Origin: an uncultured Acidimicrobiaceae bacterium
Lineage (GTDB): Bacteria > Actinomycetota > Acidimicrobiia > Acidimicrobiales > RAAP-2
Direction: 5' to 3'
NCBI GenBank assembly: GCA_963750075.1
Contig: CAVVPG010000002.1
Span: 453,272-517,271 of the forward strand
Length of the DNA: 64,000 nt
The number at the start of each line of letters is the position of its first letter. Within the stretch, counting starts at the first letter, position 1. Shown here piece by piece: positions 1 to 9,269 of this stretch. A program made the position numbers and the translations under genes. The notes below the pieces were generated by a model that saw nothing but the letters and a program-made list of their open reading frames with translations, ran no database searches and was not told the origin of the DNA.

Positions 1-1265
1 GCAGGGATGCCGATCAGCACACCAGCCGCCGCTGCCACCAGGGCAGAAAGGATGGGGGCAATGGGGAAAGGGATGCCCCAGGAGGAGGCGAAGGTGCTCA
101 GGATGTAGGCCGACACTCCCGCAAACGTGAGCTGGGCCAGCGAGATCTGTCCCGTGTACCCCGTGACGACGACGAGGGACAGCGTGATGACACCGGTGAT
201 CATGCTGGCGTAGAGTGCCGCCCGATCGTTCCCTGTGAAGAAATAGATGGCGCCCATCCCCACCGCCGTGCCGACCACCGCCGTCGGCAGGCGCCAGTGC
301 GGACGCGGCGCCCGCCCGAGCGTCACCTGGATGAGCGAGCCCCGGCTCGGCATCGTCTGTCCCCTGAAGGCCAGGACCACCAACACCAGGACCAGCGGGA
401 TGAGCTCGCCCGCGCCGGCGGGGAACTCGGGATGGAGGCCGTTGACGTAGACGGAGAGCGACTCGAGCGCGCCGATGCCGAGACCGGCCGTGATGGCCCA
501 GCCCAGCGAGTGGAAGCGCCCGACGACGGCTGCGGCCAGCGCCGGCACGATGAACAGGGTGTACGTGCCGGGCTGGAGTGGGACCAGGGGGGCGATGAGG
601 ATGCCGGCGATGCCGCAGACGACGAAGCTGATCATCCAATTGACGAGCGCGATGCGGTCGGGAGAGAGGCCGCTCACCAGCGCGCCCACCTCGGTCTCGG
701 CCGAGGCCCTGGTGGCCAGGCCGAAGCGGGTGAACCGGAAGAGGACGGTGAGCACGATGCCGAGGGCGATGATGGTGCCCGCCAGCAACAGGCGGTCGAC
801 CGAGATGTCGACGCCGAGGAAGCTGAGGTGGTTCTGGGGAAAGATCGGGTTGACCTCGATCACCGATGCCGTGCCGACCTGATACGTCACGATCGCGGTC
901 AGCAGGCCCATGAGCCCGATGGAGGCGACCGCCTTTGCCACCGGCCGGTGGTTGCGCAGCGGACGGAAGATGAGCAGGTAGGCCAGAGCGCCCATTACCG
1001 CCTGGATAGCGAGCGTGATCAGCAGCGCCGGCCAGAAGCCGAGGCCGTTTCCGATGTTGATGGTGGCGCTCAGTCCCGGGATGGGCTGGAGCAGCTGCCC
1101 GTTGCGGAGCAGCGAGTAGGTGTACGCGGCGTACAGCGCCTGGGCACCGGTGGCGAAGTTGAGCACCCCCGACGACCTGTAGGTGACCACGAGGGCCATG
1201 GCCAGGGCGGCGAACACCCCCCCGTTTCCGAGCCCGAGCAGGAGGAATTCGATGTAGGTGCTCAC
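1..1265 (-). CDS. Branched-chain amino acid-type ABC transporter permease, fused LivH/LivM-like; C-terminal end runs off the window
   Basis: My own minus-strand translation from GTG at 1265 (VSTYIEFLLLGLGNGGVFAALAMALVVTYRSSGVLNFATG...) stays open to position 1 (more than 420 codons). The distal part contains GQISLAQLTFAGVSAY, typical of LivM-type permeases. It is absent from the ORF track because it is open at the window edge. The + strand ORFs 297..1493 and 475..882 are Arg/Gly-rich shadow frames. Confidence 0.8.
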   Translation of the reverse strand, partial: MSTYIEFLLLGLGNGGVFAALAMALVVTYRSSGVLNFATGAQALYAAYTYSLLRNGQLLQPIPGLSATINIGNGLGFWPALLITLAIQAVMGALAYLLIFRPLRNHRPVAKAVASIGLMGLLTAIVTYQVGTASVIEVNPIFPQNHLSFLGVDISVDRLLLAGTIIALGIVLTVLFRFTRFGLATRASAETEVGALVSGLSPDRIALVNWMISFVVCGIAGILIAPLVPLQPGTYTLFIVPALAAAVVGRFHSLGWAITAGLGIGALESLSVYVNGLHPEFPAGAGELIPLVLVLVVLAFRGQTMPSRGSLIQVTLGRAPRPHWRLPTAVVGTAVGMGAIYFFTGNDRAALYASMITGVITLSLVVVTGYTGQISLAQLTFAGVSAYILSTFASSWGIPFPIAPILSALVAAAAGVLIGIP

Positions 1266-1417
1266 CCGGCTCGACCCCGCCGCCTCGGGGGCCGGTGGCA
1301 CCCATCACACGACTCCCCCAGGAGCAGGTTCACGCATTTAGGATACTCAAATCCGCTGCCCGCCGCACGTGCCCCCGACATCTCCGGACGGCCGGACGGC
1401 CGGGCGGCCGGGCGTCC

Positions 1418-2911
1418 CTACGATGTTCCGCCCACCCCCTCGGACAGCTCGTCGCGCAGCACGCGCCGCAGCAGCTTCCCCGTCGGCGAGTAGGGCAGCT
1501 CGTCCCGGAACTCCACGACGCACGGCATCTTGGTCGAGCGCAGCCGGGCCCGCACCCAGTCCTGCAGCTCGGCCTCGGTCGCCGCCGCGCCCCCGTGCAG
1601 GACGACGACGGCCGCCACCGCCTCGCCCCACTCCGCGTCGGGGATGCCGATGACGGCGGCCTCGTGCACGGCCGGGTGCGCCATGAGCACCTCCTCCACC
1701 TCCCCGGGCGAGATGTTCTCCGCGCCCCGCACGATCACGTCGTCCAACCGCCCGTCGATGTACAAGAAGCCGTGCGAATCGAACCAACCGGAGTCCCGGG
1801 TGCGGAACCACCCCTCTTCGGTGAGCGTGCTGTGCCCGACGTACTCGCCGGCCACCTGCTCGCCGCGCACCCAGATCTCGCCCTTCTCGCCCGGCGGCAG
1901 CGCCTCGTCGTCGGGACCGCGCACCTCCACCTCGAGCGCGGGGAGAGGCCTTCCGACGGACCCGAGCCGCGCCCGCACCGCCGGGTCGTCGCTGGCAAAG
2001 GCCTCGCGGTGGTCGTCGGGGGTCAGCATGGCGATGGTCGAGCTGGTCTCGGTCAGCCCGTAGGCGTTGACGAGGTCGACGTGGGGCATGTCGCGCAGGG
2101 TGCGCTCGACGAGCTCGAGCGGCATGCGGCCGCCGCCGTAGGAGAGATGGCGCAGGGCCGGCGGCTCGACACCGGAGTCCTCGACGGCCGCCAGGATGCG
2201 GCCGAGCATCGTCGGCACCACCATGGCGTGGGTGATCCGCTCCTCCACCGCGAGGCGCACCCACGCGTCGGCTTCGAAGGAGGGCAGGTACATGATGCGC
2301 CGCCCGGCGTACAAGGAGCTCAACACCGCTGCGATCCCCGCGATGTGGTACGGCGGCACGCAGATCAGCTGCGCCTCGGTCGCCTCGCACCCGAGGAACT
2401 CGACGCTCGAGATGATGTAGGAGACGAGATGCCGGTGGCGCAGCACCGCCGCCTTGGGCTCCGACGTCGTGCCGCTCGTGAACAGCAGCACGGCGACCTC
2501 CTCGGGGTCCACGAACGGGTGCTCACCGGACACCGGCTCGGCGAGCGCGGCCGCGAGCTCCCCCTTCGTGACGACATTGTCAGCGCCGCACGCCCGCAAT
2601 CGTTCGACCTCGTCGTCGTCGGCGATCATCAGGCCACCAGCCACGCGCCCGAGGATCCCGACGAGCTGCTCGTCGGGCGCCCGGTAGTTGATGGGCGCGA
2701 AGGGCACGCCCGCCAGCGCCGCCCCGAACAGGGCCACCGGCAGCACGTCGGAGTTCACCCCGAAGTACCCGACGACCGCCGCGCCGCTCTTCTCGAAGTA
2801 GACGGCGGCACGCCTGGCGCGCTCGAGGAGGCCCGCCGCGGTCTCGCCACCGTCGTGCGAGCCCACGACGACGCGCTCGGGGTCTCCCTCGGCCGCCATC
2901 TCGAGCAGCAT
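1418..2911 (-). CDS. AMP-dependent acyl-CoA synthetase/ligase (FadD-like)
   Basis: Part of ORF 1418..3202. AMP-binding motifs LLFTSGTTSEPK, AYGLTETSS, WFRTRDSGWFD and GRLDDVIVRGAENISPGEVE. Start placed at MLLEMAAEG (ATG 2911) because the upstream 97 codons are Arg/Ser-rich and overlap the next gene. Confidence 0.85.
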   Translation of the reverse strand: MLLEMAAEGDPERVVVGSHDGGETAAGLLERARRAAVYFEKSGAAVVGYFGVNSDVLPVALFGAALAGVPFAPINYRAPDEQLVGILGRVAGGLMIADDDEVERLRACGADNVVTKGELAAALAEPVSGEHPFVDPEEVAVLLFTSGTTSEPKAAVLRHRHLVSYIISSVEFLGCEATEAQLICVPPYHIAGIAAVLSSLYAGRRIMYLPSFEADAWVRLAVEERITHAMVVPTMLGRILAAVEDSGVEPPALRHLSYGGGRMPLELVERTLRDMPHVDLVNAYGLTETSSTIAMLTPDDHREAFASDDPAVRARLGSVGRPLPALEVEVRGPDDEALPPGEKGEIWVRGEQVAGEYVGHSTLTEEGWFRTRDSGWFDSHGFLYIDGRLDDVIVRGAENISPGEVEEVLMAHPAVHEAAVIGIPDAEWGEAVAAVVVLHGGAAATEAELQDWVRARLRSTKMPCVVEFRDELPYSPTGKLLRRVLRDELSEGVGGTS

Positions 2912-2936
2912 GGCGATGTGCACGTCGGCCCTCCGG

Positions 2937-3242
2937 TCAGTCCGACGCGGGAAGCGGCTTGGCGCCCTTGACCTCGAGGATGGTCTCGCCCACCGAGATC
3001 GATCCCTCGCCGGGCTTGGTGCACAGCACCTCGAGGCCGAGCTCGTCGTCGCTGTACCGCTTGCCGAGCTGCGTCCCCTGGTCGAACCCCGCCTCGATGC
3101 TCTGGGCCGTGACCTCGGCGTCGACGGGCAGCAGCGGGTGCCCCCCACAGCGCAGGTCGACCGCATCGGCGGGCGCCTTGACCACGACGACCTCGCAGGC
3201 ATCGGTTGCGCTGCGCAGCCTCGTCCCTGCCTTCAATTGCAT
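2937..3242 (-). CDS. Small conserved-looking hypothetical protein (about 101 aa) upstream of the acyl-CoA ligase
   Basis: Part of ORF 2937..3332. Balanced composition begins at MQLKAGTRLRSATDACEVVVVKAP (ATG 3242). Ends 25 nt upstream of the ligase start, so probably co-transcribed. No family recognised. Confidence 0.5.
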   Translation of the reverse strand: MQLKAGTRLRSATDACEVVVVKAPADAVDLRCGGHPLLPVDAEVTAQSIEAGFDQGTQLGKRYSDDELGLEVLCTKPGEGSISVGETILEVKGAKPLPASD

Positions 3243-3453
3243 CGCCACCGCAGTCCTACCTCGCTCTCTCGAGTGCTCGCCCGGCCCCCGTCGGGCAATC
3301 CAGGATATTCGGCCGCCCCCTTCTGCCCTCACGGCAGCGGCGGACCGTCATTTCTACCGCCCCGCCGAGGCCCACCGCACACCGAGGGGACATTTCGCCT
3401 GTCCCGTGCGAAACTGGCGCGCGGGGGATCCCTAGTGGATCGGAGGAGGGACC

Positions 3454-3890
3454 ATGGACAGCGGCCCGGGGTGGCTGCCCGACCCCGACGACGAGAGCCA
3501 GGAGCGCTACTGGAACGGGTCCGCCTGGACCGACCGGGTGCGCCCGGCGGGTCGGGGCCGCTCTCTCCACGTCCCCGAGCTCCAGCGGGCCCTCGCCGCC
3601 GCCACCGCCGACATCGACGCCGTCGAGGACCGGCTCTCCAACCTCTTCGAGCGCACCGACGCGCCGCGCGAGCAGACTGCTGCACCGCCACCGCCACCGC
3701 CGCCACCGCCGCCGCCGCCGCGTCCGAGCGCGGGGCCCCGGTGCCGCCGCCGCCGATCCACCCCGAGTTCGACGACCCGTCGAAGGACGACGCGACCTTC
3801 ACGGAGCTCGACGCCGCGCTGGCGTCCGAGGAGGCCGAGGAGCTCGAGGCCGAGAAGCCCAAGCGCGGCTTGTTCCGCCGCCGCGCGTAG
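3454..3890 (+). CDS. DUF2510-like protein with a poly-proline linker; reading frame interrupted near 3732-3739
   Basis: N-terminus GWLPDPDDESQERYWNGSAWTDRVRP matches the DUF2510 pattern. After the Pro run the listed frame becomes Arg/Ser junk. The frame of ORF 2910..3890 instead gives a plausible acidic tail (PVPPPPIHPEFDDPSKDDATFTELDAALASEEAEELEAEKPKRGLFRRRA). Span length is 437 nt (3n+2), and the G4C4 run lies at 3732-3739. Confidence 0.55.
3685..3720 (+). repeat. Simple CCG/CCA trinucleotide tract encoding 12 consecutive prolines
   Basis: ccgccaccgccaccgccgccaccgccgccgccgccg read directly from the sequence. Confidence 0.9.
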
Positions 3891-3896
3891 TCGCCG

Positions 3897-4934
3897 TTAC
3901 CCGAGCGCGGTGACCCGGCGGGCCAGGTCGCCCCAGCGCTCCATCGTCCCGGGATCGCGCATGACGTCGGACCCGGTGAAGTAGCTCACGACCCTCGTTG
4001 CCATGCCGCCGTACTTGGCCACGATGGTGTCGGGGATGTCGTCCCAGGTGCCCGTCGTCGTGAACTGCTCGAGCAGGTCGTCGTCGATGACCTTCGCCAT
4101 GCCCTCGATGTCGCCGGCCCGCTGGCGCTCTCGGATCTGCTCGGTCGTCCCCTCCCGGTCCAGTTGTTCGAAGATGAACGCGTAGTTGGGCGTGGACCCG
4201 TAGAAGGCGATCTGGACCCGCGCCCGCTCGCGCCAGGCGTCGCGCTCCTCGTCGGTGTCACCCACGCACAAGAAGGCGGGCACGATCACCTCGAGGTCGT
4301 CAGCGCTGCGCCCCGCGCGCGCCGCGCCGGCGCCGAGCTCGGGCAACACGGTCTCGCGCAGGTACGTCGAGTGGTTGAGCGGGTGCACGTGGACGCCGTC
4401 GGCCACCTGCCCGGCCATGCGCAGCATCCAGGGGTTGACCGCGGCCACGTCGATGGGCGGGGCCGGGACGTCGATCGGCCCCGGCGCCCACATCGGCGGC
4501 AGGAGCGAGAGCGCGTAGAACTCTCCCTCGACTTCGAGCGGCGCCCCGGTGCGGAAGGACTCGAAGATCTGCTTGACCGCCAGGACGTACTCGCGTAGCC
4601 GCGGGCCCGGAGGGTCGAACTCGGACCCGTAGCGCCGCTGGATGTGCGCGCGCACCTGGGCGCCCAAGCCGAGGCGGAACCGCCCGCGACTGGCCTCCGC
4701 CAGCTCCCACGCCACGGACGCCGTCACCATCGGGCTGCGCGGGAAGGCGACGGCGATGCCGGTCAGGATGTCGATGTCGGCCGCCACCGCCAGCGCGCCA
4801 CAGGTGAGGTAGGCCGTCCGGCCCGCCTCGGTGACGACAAGCCCCGAAAGGCCGGCGTCGGCCGCACGCGTCCCGAGCAGGCCGGCCTGGCGCAGCGGCT
4901 GCGCCGGCAACATGGCGTCGAACTTGAGCGCCAC
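3897..4934 (-). CDS. Luciferase-like monooxygenase (LLM) class, probable F420-dependent oxidoreductase
   Basis: 345-aa ORF. Overall LLM pattern (GLGAQVRAHIQRRYG, NPWMLRMAGQVADGVHVHP, FYGSTPNYAFIFE), as in the TIGR03617-type F420-dependent family. Confidence 0.8.
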   Translation of the reverse strand: MALKFDAMLPAQPLRQAGLLGTRAADAGLSGLVVTEAGRTAYLTCGALAVAADIDILTGIAVAFPRSPMVTASVAWELAEASRGRFRLGLGAQVRAHIQRRYGSEFDPPGPRLREYVLAVKQIFESFRTGAPLEVEGEFYALSLLPPMWAPGPIDVPAPPIDVAAVNPWMLRMAGQVADGVHVHPLNHSTYLRETVLPELGAGAARAGRSADDLEVIVPAFLCVGDTDEERDAWRERARVQIAFYGSTPNYAFIFEQLDREGTTEQIRERQRAGDIEGMAKVIDDDLLEQFTTTGTWDDIPDTIVAKYGGMATRVVSYFTGSDVMRDPGTMERWGDLARRVTALG

Positions 4935-4944
4935 CCCGACGCCC

Positions 4945-5742
4945 TCAGGCCGCCGGCACCGGCGCGGCAGTCCGCCCGCCGCGGCGCGCCGGCACCCAGT
5001 CGTTGACCGTGGGGAAGTACTCCTCGGTGTGGTCGAGCGTGCCGGCGGTCGCGTAGTGGTACACCATGGCCGCCCGGATGCCCTCGGACTCGTTGTCCGT
5101 GGAGCAGTGCATGAGGTGGCTGTCGAAGACCAAGAGGTCGCCCGGCGCCATGAGCACCGGCTCCGACCCGGCCATGTCGTGGTCGACGATCTCGAAGTAG
5201 CCGTAGTTCGCGCCGGGCCGGCGGTCGGGCACGTGGGTGTGCACCGGCTCGGTGTGGGAGCCCGGCAGCACGTGCAGGCAGCCGTTGGCCAGCGTCGCCT
5301 CGGTGACGGCGAGCCAGACGCCGACGACGGGCCGCGCCGGCTCGAAGGGGAAGTAGAAGGAGTCCTGGTGCCAGGGCTGCCCCCAGGCCCCGGCCGTCTT
5401 GAAGATGAACTGGGACAAGAAGACGTCGATGTCGGGTGCGATCAGCTCCGACACCGGGTCGACCACGGCTGCGGAATGGGCGAAGTCGGCGAAGACGCCG
5501 TCTCGGTGGAGCTTGAAGATCTTGGACATGGCGTCCTCGGGGTTGGCCACCACCATGCCCGCCTTGTTGCTCTCGGGCACCAGCTTCACACCCACCGACT
5601 CGGCCAGCGGCGGCTCGCGCACGATCTGCGTGACGCGGCGCAGCATGGCCTCGCACACCTCCGGCGCGGCGAAGCCCGTGATGCGGAAGAAGCCGCGCTC
5701 CTCCCACGACGCCCGCTGCTCCGCCGTCAGCGTGCTGGTCAT
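4945..5742 (-). CDS. Phytanoyl-CoA dioxygenase (PhyH) family Fe(II)/2-oxoglutarate oxygenase
   Basis: C-terminal 265 aa of ORF 4945..6360, starting MTSTLTAEQRASWEERGFFRITGF (ATG 5742). Contains WHQDSFYFP (HxD iron ligands) and LLVFDSHLMHCS. The start overlaps the upstream stop by 4 nt (ATGA). Confidence 0.85.
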   Translation of the reverse strand: MTSTLTAEQRASWEERGFFRITGFAAPEVCEAMLRRVTQIVREPPLAESVGVKLVPESNKAGMVVANPEDAMSKIFKLHRDGVFADFAHSAAVVDPVSELIAPDIDVFLSQFIFKTAGAWGQPWHQDSFYFPFEPARPVVGVWLAVTEATLANGCLHVLPGSHTEPVHTHVPDRRPGANYGYFEIVDHDMAGSEPVLMAPGDLLVFDSHLMHCSTDNESEGIRAAMVYHYATAGTLDHTEEYFPTVNDWVPARRGGRTAAPVPAA

Positions 5743-6566
5743 ACGGCGGGCGCGTCGGGCAGCCGGCCCCCGGGGAGCGGCCAGGCCATCGGCGTCACGT
5801 CGCTCGCGATCACCGCGCCCATCGCGATCCCGGCGCGCTCGACCGAGGGGTGCGGGAAGCGGCCTTCGCCGCGGGTCGACCCGTCTGCGAAGTAGATCGC
5901 CGTGTGCACCCGACGGACCGTACCCGTCGTGTTGGGCTTGGCCAAGTGGAAGGTGAGGCCGTGGTGGAAGGCGACGGAGCCGGCCGGGACCTCGACCCAG
6001 ACCGGCGCCAGGCTCTCCAGCTCGTGCCGCGTCAGCGGGTCCTGGCCCTGCCCGCTGAAGATGTCGACGAACTCGCGCAGGCCGAGCCGGTGGCTCCCCG
6101 GCAGGTAGCCCATGGCACCGTTGTCCATGGTCGAGCCGTCGAAGGGGATCCACGCGGTGATGGTGTCCGTCTCGACGATCGGCCAGTAAGGCTGGTCCTG
6201 GTGCGGGTCCGTCTCGCGCCCGCCGGCCTCCTTGTAGAGCGCCTGGTCGTGCCAGATGCGCACGGCGCCCACGCCGAGCAGGCGGGCCGCCGTCTCGGCG
6301 AGGCGTGGGTGGAACGTCAACGGGCGGACGTCGGGGCAGTCCTCCCAGAGGTTCTGGCACTGGGTGAAGCTCTGCTCGTAGCGCGACTTCTGCGCCAGCG
6401 ACCGGAGGTCGTGGCGGCTGCGCCGGGCCACGGCGGCGTCGACGGCGGCACCGAAGTGGGCGAGCTCGCCCGCTTCGAGCAGGTCGGGCACGACGACGAA
6501 GCCGTCCCGCCGGAAGTCATCGACCAGCGCGGGAGTGAGAGGGGCCGGCGTGGTCCCGGGCGTCAT
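5739..6566 (-). CDS. Second PhyH family Fe(II)/2-oxoglutarate oxygenase
   Basis: C-terminal 275 aa of ORF 5739..7244, starting MTPGTTPAPLTPALVDDFRRDGFVVV (ATG 6566). Contains PHQDQPYWP, GYLPGSH and VAFHHGLTFH. ATGA overlaps occur on both sides. Confidence 0.85.
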   Translation of the reverse strand: MTPGTTPAPLTPALVDDFRRDGFVVVPDLLEAGELAHFGAAVDAAVARRSRHDLRSLAQKSRYEQSFTQCQNLWEDCPDVRPLTFHPRLAETAARLLGVGAVRIWHDQALYKEAGGRETDPHQDQPYWPIVETDTITAWIPFDGSTMDNGAMGYLPGSHRLGLREFVDIFSGQGQDPLTRHELESLAPVWVEVPAGSVAFHHGLTFHLAKPNTTGTVRRVHTAIYFADGSTRGEGRFPHPSVERAGIAMGAVIASDVTPMAWPLPGGRLPDAPAV

Positions 6567-7432
6567 GTCCCCCCCGCCTCTTCGGCGCGCACCTCGCGGA
6601 TGTAGCCGACGAGCTCGTGCGCGCTCGGCGAGTCGAGCCAGGGGGTGAGGTCCAGGTCGTAGGCGTCCGTCGGCTCGGGACCCTCGTCGAGGTGATGGGG
6701 CTCGGAGGCCCGGAAGCGCCCGTCCATGAGGCGCACCTCGGTGAGCACCTCGGCATAGGGGTGCGTGGTGGCGGCCGGCGACCCGAAGCCGAAGACGCGC
6801 TCGGAGCCCATCACGGCGTTGGCGGCGGCGCGGCCGGACAGCGAGGGCCGGTAGTCGTTGCGCTCCAGCTCGCCGCCGTAGGCCTCCAGGATGTGCAGCG
6901 CCCGGTCCATGACCTTCTGGTCGAACGCGTAGAAGACGTTGGGCACCGGGAGGTCGCCCCACACGCCCCACATCCACCAGCGCGCCGTCGGGGGGAGGTC
7001 GGCCATGGCGCGCTGGACGCCGCGGCCGACCGCCTCGTGGCCGTGGTGCACGTCGTGTGGCGAGGGGGACACCACGATGGACGCACCGTGCTCGTCCACG
7101 AGCGGCGGGAGCTCGGTGGCGACACGGCGGACGGCCTCGGCGAGGTCGCCGTCGAGGTCGATGTTCAGCGGCGGGTCGAGGAACACCGCGTGGAAGCCGG
7201 CCCGGCTCGCCGCCTCCTCCGCCTCGGCCCGCCGGCGGGCCCACTGCTTCTCGAAGCCCAGGCTGGCGATGACGCTGACGACCTTCCAGCCCCGGTCGCG
7301 CAGGTGGAGGAGCGCGCCGGGGCAGCCGACCGCCTCGTCGTCGGGATGGGGTGCGACGTGGAGGACCGAAGGAGCCACCACGGCGCAGGATACGCCGGGG
7401 CCGGTCGCCGAACCCGAGGCCGGGGCGGCCAT
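6563..7432 (-). CDS. PIG-L / LmbE family N-acetyl-sugar deacetylase
   Basis: VAPHPDDEAVG motif near the N-terminus and HDVHHGHEAV downstream. First gene of the 7432-to-3897 minus-strand operon. The true start may be an internal GVSCAVVAPSVLHV-region GTG. Confidence 0.8.
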   Translation of the reverse strand: MAAPASGSATGPGVSCAVVAPSVLHVAPHPDDEAVGCPGALLHLRDRGWKVVSVIASLGFEKQWARRRAEAEEAASRAGFHAVFLDPPLNIDLDGDLAEAVRRVATELPPLVDEHGASIVVSPSPHDVHHGHEAVGRGVQRAMADLPPTARWWMWGVWGDLPVPNVFYAFDQKVMDRALHILEAYGGELERNDYRPSLSGRAAANAVMGSERVFGFGSPAATTHPYAEVLTEVRLMDGRFRASEPHHLDEGPEPTDAYDLDLTPWLDSPSAHELVGYIREVRAEEAGGT

Positions 7433-7453
7433 CTCTCAGAACACTCTTTACAG

Positions 7454-7473
7454 ATTACTCTGAATAGAATAAT
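7454..7473. promoter_or_regulatory. Imperfect 20-bp palindrome in the AT-rich divergent intergenic region; candidate PadR operator
   Basis: ATTAcTCTgaatAGAaTAAT has 7 of 10 arm positions complementary. It lies between the divergent LmbE operon (start 7432) and padR (start 7482), in the only AT-rich patch nearby. Confidence 0.3.
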
Positions 7474-7481
7474 ATGACGCG

Positions 7482-8123
7482 ATGCCGAGATGGTCCCGCT
7501 CCAACCCCCTCGCCCTGGCGGTGCTGGTCTGCCTCTACGAGCGGCCCATGCACCCCTACGAGGTGGCCCAGACGCTGCGCCAGCGTGCCAAGCAGGAGAG
7601 CGTCCGCCTCAACTACGGCTCCCTCTACGCGGTGGTCGACGTGCTCGAGAAGCGGGGCTTCGTCAAGGCCACCGGCACCGTGCGGGAGGGCAAGCGTCCC
7701 GAGCGGACGGTCTACGCCATCACCGACGACGGCGCGCGGGAGATGGACGACTGGATGACCGAGCTCATCGGCGTGCCGGCCAAGGAGTACCCGGCCTTCA
7801 TGGCGGGCCTCTCTTTTCTCCCCTCGCTCGACCCCGACGACGCCCTCATGGCGCTGCGGGGCCGCGCCGAGGCGCTGAAGATGAAGCTCACCGGATTGCG
7901 GGGCGCCATGAAGGCGGCCGAGGCGGCGGGCCTGCCCCGCCTGTTCGAGCTCGAGGCCGAGTACGAGGAGCGGCAGTTCGTCGCCGAGCTGAAGTTCGTC
8001 AACGACCTGATCGAGGAGATGGCGGCGGGCACGCTCGAGGGTCTCGAGATGTGGCGCCAGTTCCACACCGAAGGTTTCGACCCGAAGGAGGTGCACTTCA
8101 ACTTCGACACGAACCCTGAATGA
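7482..8123 (+). CDS. PadR family transcriptional regulator
   Basis: NPLALAVLVCLYERPMHPYEVAQTL...YGSLYAVVDVLEKRGFV...RTVYAITDDG is the PadR winged-helix pattern, followed by a C-terminal coiled extension. Confidence 0.85.
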   Translation: MPRWSRSNPLALAVLVCLYERPMHPYEVAQTLRQRAKQESVRLNYGSLYAVVDVLEKRGFVKATGTVREGKRPERTVYAITDDGAREMDDWMTELIGVPAKEYPAFMAGLSFLPSLDPDDALMALRGRAEALKMKLTGLRGAMKAAEAAGLPRLFELEAEYEERQFVAELKFVNDLIEEMAAGTLEGLEMWRQFHTEGFDPKEVHFNFDTNPE

Positions 8124-8126
8124 CCC

Positions 8127-8154
8127 GGGGCCGCGTGTGACACCACGCGACCCC
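8127..8154 (+). terminator. GC-rich hairpin after padR (no U-tract)
   Basis: ggggccgcgtg-tgacac-cacgcgacccc has 10 of 11 stem pairs and starts 4 nt after the stop codon. Confidence 0.3.
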
Positions 8155-8270
8155 GAGCCCGTACGACCACGAGCCCGATCCACGAGGGACCTTCGCCCGA
8201 GGCAGCACTCCGCAGCGTAGGCGACCTCCGTCGAGCGGGCTCCGCACCCCGCGACGAAAGGAGGCGCGCC

Positions 8271-9269
8271 ATGATGCACGCCCTGATTGAGGCCGACGGC
8301 CTCTCCAAGAGGTTCGGCAAGGTCCAGGCCCTGACCGAGCTCACCCTCACGCTGCCGGCCGGGCAACCGGTGGCCATCCTCGGCCCCAACGGGGCCGGCA
8401 AGACCACCTTCATCCGCATGGTGGCCACGCTCATTCAGCCCGACGGCGGGACGCTGCGGGTCAACGGGCACGACGTGGTCCGCGCGCCCATGGCCGTCCG
8501 CCGCATGATCGGACTCGCCGGCCAGTCGGCCGCGGTCGAGGAGATGATGACCGGGCGGGAGAACCTGGTGATGGTGGCCCGCCTGTACGGGCAGGGCCGG
8601 AACGAGGCGGTGGCCTCGGCAGAGCGGATCCTCGAGCAGATGGACCTGGTCGACGCGGCCGACCGGCGGGTCAAGACCTACTCGGGGGGCATGCGCCGGC
8701 GGCTCGACCTCGGCGCCAGCCTCGTCGGCTCGCCGCGACTGCTGCTGCTCGACGAGCCGACGACCGGGCTCGACCCGGGCAGCCGAAACGAGGTGTGGGA
8801 CGGCATCCGCGAGATGAGCTGGGCCGGCACCGACATCCTGCTCACGACGCAGTACCTCGACGAGGCCGACCATCTGGCGGCCTACGTCGTCATCATCGAC
8901 GGCGGGCGGGTCATCGCGCAGGGCACGCCGGACGCGCTCAAGTCACGTGTCGGAGCCGACATGGTCGAGCTCCACACGCTCGACGTGTCCACCATGCAGC
9001 GCGCCGCGGCGGTGCTCGGCTCGCTCGGCATGGCCGAGCCCACCACCGACCCGGCGACACGCCGCTGCTCCATCGCCGCACCGGGCGGGTCGCGACTGTT
9101 GCCGATCGTCGTGCGCGCGCTCGACGAGGCGCAGGTCCCGGTGGAGGACATCACGCTGCGCCGGCCCACCCTCGACGAGGTGTTCCTGGCCCTCACCGGG
9201 CACACCACCGCTGACACCCACACGCCGACACGCAGGAACCCCAACGGTCCGAAGGAGGACGCAGCATGA
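8271..9269 (+). CDS. ABC transporter ATP-binding protein, DrrA/ABC-2 exporter type
   Basis: Walker A GPNGAGKTT, signature YSGGMRRRL, Walker B LLLLDEPTTGLD. Confidence 0.9.
   Translation: MMHALIEADGLSKRFGKVQALTELTLTLPAGQPVAILGPNGAGKTTFIRMVATLIQPDGGTLRVNGHDVVRAPMAVRRMIGLAGQSAAVEEMMTGRENLVMVARLYGQGRNEAVASAERILEQMDLVDAADRRVKTYSGGMRRRLDLGASLVGSPRLLLLDEPTTGLDPGSRNEVWDGIREMSWAGTDILLTTQYLDEADHLAAYVVIIDGGRVIAQGTPDALKSRVGADMVELHTLDVSTMQRAAAVLGSLGMAEPTTDPATRRCSIAAPGGSRLLPIVVRALDEAQVPVEDITLRRPTLDEVFLALTGHTTADTHTPTRRNPNGPKEDAA

Noticed and set aside
3685-3720. A repetitive CCG/CCA tract, considered as a CRISPR-like or VNTR element.
   Set aside because: It is a 36-nt in-frame poly-proline codon run inside a gene, with no spacer/repeat organisation. 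No CRISPR array exists anywhere in the window.
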